Positions 17,005-22,240 of a stretch of 22,240 bases of DNA are shown piece after piece. Numbering within the stretch: position 1 is the stretch's first letter; each line of letters starts with the position of its first letter. The notes under the pieces were generated by a model. That model worked only from the letters and a program-made list of their open reading frames with translations. It searched no databases and had not been told where the DNA came from. The DNA is from Phycisphaerae bacterium (lineage in GTDB: Bacteria > Planctomycetota > Phycisphaerae > SM23-33). The translations under genes and the position numbers were made by a program. The stretch lies in contig JAIORC010000021.1 in assembly GCA_021108335.1 (NCBI GenBank), positions 1-22,240 on the forward strand, in the 5' to 3' direction.

Positions 17005-17922
17005 ATGCCGGAAGATAACGCCGCCAATTCGATTTGCTGCACGTTACGTCCCGCTGTCGAGCGGGCGGATGACGGGCTGTTGCGGCTTTACGCTCCAGCC
17101 AAGATCAATCTGAACCTGCTGGTAGGCCCGCTGGGCGCCGACGGCTATCACCCGCTGGATTCGCTCGTAGCCAAAGTCTCGCTGTATGATTGTCTGGAAC
17201 TGCGCCTTCGGGACGACGGCAGGCTGGAGTTTTCCTGCGATGGATTCGATTGCGGGGCGGATTCGAAGAATCTCGCGATGCTGGCTGGGCAAATGCTAGC
17301 CGAGGGGCGGACTGTTCCGGGGGCGGACATTCTGCTGAAGAAGTACATTCCGCCGGGTGGCGGGCTTGGCGGCGGTTCGTCCGACGCAGCCACTGTCCTG
17401 GCTGGCCTGAATGACCTGTGGGAGCTGGGGCTGCCGGCGGACGAACTGTCACACTTGGCCGGGCGGCTGGGCAGCGACGTGCCGCTGTTTCTCGGCCCGG
17501 CGGTGGCGCGAATGACGGGTCGAGGCGAGCAATTGGCTCCGATTGACGTCTACCCTTTCCGGGCAGTGCTGATTCTGCCGGAAGTCGCTTGTGCAACCGC
17601 CGCGGTGTACAAAGCCTTCGACGCCGCCGGCTCGACCCGCATGCCGGAGCAACTGGACGTCCATCTGCTTACCAGCCCGCCGTCGCAATGGCGAGATATG
17701 CTGGTCAATCAACTTGAATCTCCGGCGATGGAATCTGCCGGCGAACTGGCTGAGTTGCGGGATGCGCTCGGAAAGGCATTGCCGTTGCCCGTCCACATGA
17801 GCGGCAGCGGCAGCACGCTGTTCGTCCTCTGCGACAACCAGGCCGAGGCGACGGACACGCTGGAGCGAATACCAAAGCCAATCCAAAGCTGCTGCCGCAT
17901 AGTGCGAATGAATTCATGGTAA
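17005..17922 (+). CDS. ispE: 4-(cytidine 5'-diphospho)-2-C-methyl-D-erythritol kinase (MEP pathway).
   Basis: The N-terminal PAKINLNLLVGPLGADGYHPL is the IspE motif. The GHMP-kinase ATP loop PPGGGLGGGSSDAATVLAGL is present. The start is moved to ATG at 17005 (MPEDNA...) because the reported 16909 start lies upstream of the putative promoter and adds a 32-aa extension with no counterpart in IspE. Confidence 0.85.
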   Translation: MPEDNAANSICCTLRPAVERADDGLLRLYAPAKINLNLLVGPLGADGYHPLDSLVAKVSLYDCLELRLRDDGRLEFSCDGFDCGADSKNLAMLAGQMLAEGRTVPGADILLKKYIPPGGGLGGGSSDAATVLAGLNDLWELGLPADELSHLAGRLGSDVPLFLGPAVARMTGRGEQLAPIDVYPFRAVLILPEVACATAAVYKAFDAAGSTRMPEQLDVHLLTSPPSQWRDMLVNQLESPAMESAGELAELRDALGKALPLPVHMSGSGSTLFVLCDNQAEATDTLERIPKPIQSCCRIVRMNSW

Positions 17923-17929
17923 TAAAGCC

Positions 17930-17970
17930 CGGTGCCGTAGTGGGAGCGCAGCGACAGCCACGATGTTTGA
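17930..17970 (-). repeat. REP-like core copy D in inverted orientation, with the adjoining CAGCCACGATGTTTG 15-mer shared with copy B.
   Basis: The reverse complement of 17930-17963 is tcgtggctgtcgctgcgctcccactacggcaccg, which matches copy B apart from ~4 substitutions and indels. It starts 8 nt after the ispE stop. The same spacer contains caaaccatgccacccaaac (18006-18024) and atgccacccagccatgatgtttg (18037-18059). Confidence 0.55.
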
Positions 17971-18224
17971 ACTTCGCGCGGGACGAACAACACATGGCTT
18001 GCAAGCAAACCATGCCACCCAAACTATTAAACTCCGCGCGGCGGTCTTCCCAGGCCGTCGCGTATCACCCACGACCGTAGGGTGGGTGCTCCCGCCCACG
18101 TTGGAACCGGGAAAAACACACGGCTCCCAGGGGATTATGCCACCCAGCCATGATGTTTGCTGGAGAAGAATTTCAAGGTAGGGCTTGACCGGAGCGGCTT
18201 AAATTGCTAAAAGGGTTCCTCCCA

Positions 18225-18298
<74 letters not shown>

Positions 18299-18303
18299 GT
18301 CGC

Positions 18304-18337
18304 AAAAAACGTTCCGGAAATCCCGGGACGTTTTTTA
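18304..18337. terminator. Bidirectional rho-independent terminator.
   Basis: Stem aacgttccgg / ccgggacgtt (10 bp including one G-U) has loop aaatc. It is flanked by aaaaaa on the 5' side and tttttt on the 3' side, so it can terminate the tRNA transcript and the convergent mannosidase transcript. Confidence 0.7.
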
Positions 18338-18464
18338 TGCGCATAAGCTTGGTTAACCAAAGGGGATACGAACCTCTCAGGCTTTGCTCAAGACAGGCCG
18401 AAGCCCGGTTACAGGATTTCCTGAACCGCCCTGAACGGTTTTCAAAATCGCCGCACGTGTGAAA

Positions 18465-21400
18465 TTACTGCAGGCGGAAGGTTTTGATCTCGAAGGGGGT
18501 GTAGCTGAAAGACAGTTTGCCGTTTTCAACTTCAGCCGGGGCTATGGTGTTTTCCAGCAAATCGCATTCGGCTGCCTTGGCTATGGGCGTGCGACAACTC
18601 AGCGAAGCCGTTCCGCGAGTTCCGTAAAGTTCCACGATACGAACAATCAGCCCTTGGCCGTCTTCGGCTTGCTTGACGGCTTCGATTTTAACTTGCGACG
18701 AGTCGAGCGACATCATCGATTCGCCAGCCAATTTGCCGCGACGGCCTGGTAGTACCCGCAACGGGGCGTTGAACTCGTAGGCACGCTCCACAACGCCACC
18801 TTCCCGCCAATCGCCGCAATGCGGCATAATCGCGTATCTGAAGACGTGCTGCCCCTCGTCGCACTGCGGATCGGGGCGAATCGGGCCTTTCAGCAGCGTC
18901 AGCCGCATGACGTTGCCGTGGATGTCATACCCGTATTTCGAGTCGTTAAGGAGGGCTACGCCGTAGTCGCCTTCGGACAGGTCGGCCCACTTATGGCCGC
19001 ACACTTCGAACTTTGCCTGATCCCAGGTGGTGTTCTCGTGAGTCGGCCTTTCGATAGAACCGTAGCTCAAATCGTAGCGGGCCTGCCTGGCGAGTATGCT
19101 CACCGGGAAGGCAACCTTCAGCAACCTGTGCCGCTCCTGCCAATCAACAAATGTCTCAAAATCTACGCGTTTAGCCCCCTGGAAAAGTCGCACTATCTGC
19201 TTCAGGCGGGAATTTGAAAATTCATACTCGAACAGCAACGCGACGGACAGCGGGCCATCTTCCAGAACTTCGACGGAATGCGGCTTGGGGAATTCCCAGC
19301 ATTTATCCTTATAGGATTGGACAATATCCCATGCGTTGTACACGCCGGGCATGTCTTCGAAAAGCTGGAAGGCGTTGGCAGTCTTGCCGGATTCAACGAC
19401 TTCCCGCCCGGTGGTTTTGTCGATGATACTGACGATCCTGCCGGCATCGTCGAAACTCACGCTCAGCAGATCATTTTCCAGCCTGTCGCGCGAAACCGCC
19501 ATTGACGAATTTTCGGTTGCTGCCTGCGGGGTTTTATTATCACCATAGCGGAATTCCGAATATCCCATTGCCGGCACGGCTTGGCAGCGGCAGGCCAGGT
19601 GCTTTTGGCCTTCGATGTCGGTGATAATTTGCGTCGGGCACACATTGCCCTGTGCGTCGATTATGCTGGCGTCTTCGCGGGTTTCGGCGTCGAGTAGAAC
19701 CATGTCCGACCGCGGCCAGGAGAAAGTGTTGATGACCGAAACCGCCGAGTCGTCGGCTGTCTCCAGGAGCGTATCGCCGGCAGCGGAGCATATTTCCTCC
19801 GTGGACGACACGACGTCTTCATAGTCAGCCACGGCGTCAACCGTAACCGCCCCGATATGCGAACCGGGGATAATGTCGTGGAATTGATTGAGGAGGATAT
19901 TTTTCCACGCCTGCTCCAGCGGCTCTGCCGGGTAATCGCCGCCGGCGAGACCCGCGAAAGAGGCTAATATCTCGGCGTCCCTGACAAGGAACTCGCATTG
20001 CCGGTTGTATTTCTTCAGGATGGCCTTGGAGGTGTATGTGCCCCTGTGCATCTCCAGATAAAGCTCGCCGTCCCACGTCTTAAGGGCTGCGGGATCGCGG
20101 AATGCTTTATGCAAATAGTCGCCCGCGGTCGTTATTCGCGTTTGCGGCAGGGACGGGAAATGTTTTACCCGCGAGGCGATTTCCAGCATATCTTCCGTCG
20201 CGCCGCTGCCGCCGTCGCCATAACCATAAATATGCATGGATTCCCCGCAGGTATCCTTCTCGACGAATCTGTCCCAATTGTCGTTCAACTGGTCAGGGGC
20301 CATCCAGCTGATAAAGTGGACCGGCGGAACACACGTGAATACTTCCGAGCCGTCGATTCCCCGCCAGATAAACGTGTTATGCGGAAATTCGTTCGTGTCA
20401 TTCCACGTTGACATCTTATTGGAAATAAAATACTTGATCCCGCTCTTGGCCAATATTTGGGGCAATATCCAACTGTTGCCGAAATTATCGGGGACCCAGC
20501 AGGTGTCGATATCGAGGCCGAACTCTTTGCTAAAGAATTTCTTGCCGATAAGGCACTGGCGAACCATGGATTCTCCCGACGGCACGTTGCCGTCCGGCTC
20601 GACATACATTCCGCCGACGATTTCCCAGCGGCCTTCCTTTATACGCTGTTTGACCTGCTCGTAAACTTCCGGGTAATGCTTTTTGAGCTTCTCGTACAGC
20701 CAGGACTGACTGTGCGAGTAGGTAAATTCCGGGAACTGATCCATCAGGTCGAGCTGAATAACGCACGTGCGTACGTTCTTGCGAATCGCGTGATGCTTCT
20801 GCCAGAAATAGGCTATGTCCAGATGCGAATGGGCTACCAGTGCAAGCCGGCCCAGCGAGCTGGAATCCTCATTGTACACTTTCGCCTGGAGATACTCGAT
20901 AGCCGCCCGCACGGTGCTTGCCAGAGCATTGCGATCCGTCTCATGACGATCAAAAATATTCAGGGCCTTATCCAAATGGTACTTCAGCGAATCGACGATG
21001 TTTTCGTCGGTGCTATCGCCGCTGAGTACCTGGTAAATCACGAGGCAGTCGTAGTAAAGCCGCTCGATTTCGGGGTCGATGCTTTCCAGCACCGGCGAAG
21101 GGAATTTCTGAATACACCCGCGTATCGCGCTGACTTCACTGCGCTCATCGTCAGGCCGCGATCGAACATACGATTCAAGCTCAATGTTAAATTCGTCGCC
21201 GCCGACTGAGGATTCGGACAGCATGATTCGCCCGCGGTTCGGGTCTAGGCCGCCGACCATCTTGCCATTGACGGATACCATACTCTCGGCGGTGCTCGTA
21301 AACTTGAGATACGTTCGTTGCCCGGCGAACTTGTCCGGCATTTTGAGCGAGGTTTTGAAAAAGGCGGTACCGTCCGGCCCGCCCCACAACTCGCCGGGCA

Positions 21401-21584
21401 GGATCGGCTTGTACGTCTCATCCGAAAATTCGTATTCCGCCGATGTTTTATACTCGGCTTCCCTGATCTGCCAGTTTTCGACAGGCTGTGAATTCAGTAC
21501 CATTTTCTGCTGAATGCTATTTATGCGTATCTGGAGCCACTTGACATCACTGACAGCCCGGCGTTCCACTTTTTTGTGCGCCAT
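18465..21584 (-). CDS. Glycoside hydrolase family 38 alpha-mannosidase, 1039 aa, cytoplasmic.
   Basis: The GH38 N-terminal catalytic signature LVAHSHLDIAYFWQ is present, followed by WEIVGGMYVEPDGNVPSGES. The length and domain order are typical of bacterial class-II alpha-mannosidases. No signal peptide is visible. ATG at 21584 has agga upstream. Confidence 0.9.
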   Translation of the reverse strand: MAHKKVERRAVSDVKWLQIRINSIQQKMVLNSQPVENWQIREAEYKTSAEYEFSDETYKPILPGELWGGPDGTAFFKTSLKMPDKFAGQRTYLKFTSTAESMVSVNGKMVGGLDPNRGRIMLSESSVGGDEFNIELESYVRSRPDDERSEVSAIRGCIQKFPSPVLESIDPEIERLYYDCLVIYQVLSGDSTDENIVDSLKYHLDKALNIFDRHETDRNALASTVRAAIEYLQAKVYNEDSSSLGRLALVAHSHLDIAYFWQKHHAIRKNVRTCVIQLDLMDQFPEFTYSHSQSWLYEKLKKHYPEVYEQVKQRIKEGRWEIVGGMYVEPDGNVPSGESMVRQCLIGKKFFSKEFGLDIDTCWVPDNFGNSWILPQILAKSGIKYFISNKMSTWNDTNEFPHNTFIWRGIDGSEVFTCVPPVHFISWMAPDQLNDNWDRFVEKDTCGESMHIYGYGDGGSGATEDMLEIASRVKHFPSLPQTRITTAGDYLHKAFRDPAALKTWDGELYLEMHRGTYTSKAILKKYNRQCEFLVRDAEILASFAGLAGGDYPAEPLEQAWKNILLNQFHDIIPGSHIGAVTVDAVADYEDVVSSTEEICSAAGDTLLETADDSAVSVINTFSWPRSDMVLLDAETREDASIIDAQGNVCPTQIITDIEGQKHLACRCQAVPAMGYSEFRYGDNKTPQAATENSSMAVSRDRLENDLLSVSFDDAGRIVSIIDKTTGREVVESGKTANAFQLFEDMPGVYNAWDIVQSYKDKCWEFPKPHSVEVLEDGPLSVALLFEYEFSNSRLKQIVRLFQGAKRVDFETFVDWQERHRLLKVAFPVSILARQARYDLSYGSIERPTHENTTWDQAKFEVCGHKWADLSEGDYGVALLNDSKYGYDIHGNVMRLTLLKGPIRPDPQCDEGQHVFRYAIMPHCGDWREGGVVERAYEFNAPLRVLPGRRGKLAGESMMSLDSSQVKIEAVKQAEDGQGLIVRIVELYGTRGTASLSCRTPIAKAAECDLLENTIAPAEVENGKLSFSYTPFEIKTFRLQ

Positions 21585-21623
21585 AATCGGAAAATTCCTT
21601 CTTTGAATCCAAGCGTTTCGGAG

Positions 21624-21932
21624 TTATGCCCAATAATAGGGCTTTTTGAGTTTCTGCACGACGGTGCATTGAATATCAAGCGAAGAGGCGATTTGCTTCT
21701 CCAGCCATGTTTTGATGCGTCCAACGGCTGGACAGCGGGAGCAGTCGGCCTCCATGCTCACAACCAATTGTTCGCCGTCATACTCGACAAAACGAATATC
21801 GCCGCCGTCGAACTGTATCCGTGGCCGTATGGTTTCCTCTACGAACTGCCGCAAGCGTTTCTCGCGAGACGAAACATCCGAAACATCCGAAACATCTTCT
21901 GACTGATTTTTTGACTGATGTATGGTTTTCAT
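21624..21932 (-). CDS. nfuA: Nfu/NifU C-terminal-domain Fe-S cluster carrier protein.
   Basis: IRPRIQFDGGDIRFVEYDGEQLVVSMEADCSRCPAVGRIKTWLEKQI matches the NifU-like domain (IRP..DGGD...C..CP). The preferred start is ATG at 21932. The ORF finder start at 21950 is TTG. The N-terminus holds a 3x tandem 9-bp repeat encoding SDVSDVSDV (21871-21897). Confidence 0.75.
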   Translation of the reverse strand: MKTIHQSKNQSEDVSDVSDVSSREKRLRQFVEETIRPRIQFDGGDIRFVEYDGEQLVVSMEADCSRCPAVGRIKTWLEKQIASSLDIQCTVVQKLKKPYYWA

Positions 21933-22240
21933 AGCCGGGGATTTAACCAACTCAGCCGGCTTTATGCAAGGGTTTTAGCGTAATTAGGGAGGGGGCACTT
22001 CAGGGTTGAGAAGTCGTATTCAGGCGGCGTCATGCAATTCGTCGGATTTTGCGTACATTCCCGATTCCTGCATCCTGTTGGGGCGACATATAAGTCAGCC
22101 GCTATACGCGCACAGTCGTGCAATTTTTATTTGATTCCAGTGCCGCGGTGAACAGGCGATGGCTAAGGGCGGTTTCAGCCGGCGAGACGCAGCCGGCGAA
22201 TTTGCCGGCGGGCTTGCCTTCCGTCATTTCATGCAGGAAA

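Noticed and set aside
16635-17042. 135-aa minus-strand ORF in the nfeD to ispE spacer.
   Set aside because: It overlaps the ispE start and putative promoter. It has no SD and an Arg/Ala-rich junk-like composition. It is retained only as an alternative in the small-ORF finding.
22159-22240. Possible start of a plus-strand gene at the window end (MAKGGFSRRDAAGEFAGGLAFRHFMQE...).
   Set aside because: Only 27 codons are visible, the SD is weak, and there is no recognisable motif. A minus-strand reading through the same bases is also open. It cannot be supported from this window.

Overview
This 22.2-kb window looks like chromosomal DNA from a GC-rich (~55-60%) environmental bacterium. The phylum cannot be assigned from sequence alone. 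I support 14 protein-coding genes (15 if a low-confidence small ORF at 16619-16801 is counted), one tRNA, one intrinsic terminator and several repeat elements. The genes, in order, are: (1) two tandem, ~90% identical paralogs of a secreted protein of unknown family, the first truncated by the window edge and the second carrying a signal peptide; (2) a minus-strand two-gene operon of a DegT-family PLP aminotransferase and a neutral-ceramidase-like hydrolase whose stop and start codons overlap by 4 nt, read divergently from a ROK-family regulator; (3) a GAF-PP2C (SpoIIE-type) phosphatase; (4) a 156-aa acidic hypothetical protein; (5) a ~980-aa membrane-anchored ankyrin-repeat protein; (6) an NfeD-flotillin (SPFH) operon; (7) ispE; (8) tRNA-Ala(GGC) with a bidirectional terminator; (9) a GH38 alpha-mannosidase; and (10) a small Nfu-type Fe-S protein. 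I see no CRISPR array, transposase, integrase or recognisable defence system. The most unusual signal is non-coding. Four intergenic regions (4.12-4.60, 10.60-10.76, 13.80-14.08 and 17.92-18.23 kb) share a conserved 35-36-nt GC-rich palindromic core, TCGTGGCWG...CCCGCCACGGCACCC, present five times in both orientations. Recurring 10- to 15-mers (CATGCCACCC, CAGCCACGATGTTTG) and dense perfect hairpins accompany the core. At 4.2-4.6 kb two copies of the core form a perfect 36-bp inverted repeat flanking ~290 bp of hairpin-rich sequence. I read this as a REP/MITE-like repeat family or a structured-RNA family that the annotation does not name. Secondary points are near-identical 96-bp tandem repeats inside the ankyrin gene, a His/Asp-rich low-complexity segment in NfeD, and the aminotransferase plus ceramidase-like module that the ROK regulator may control.
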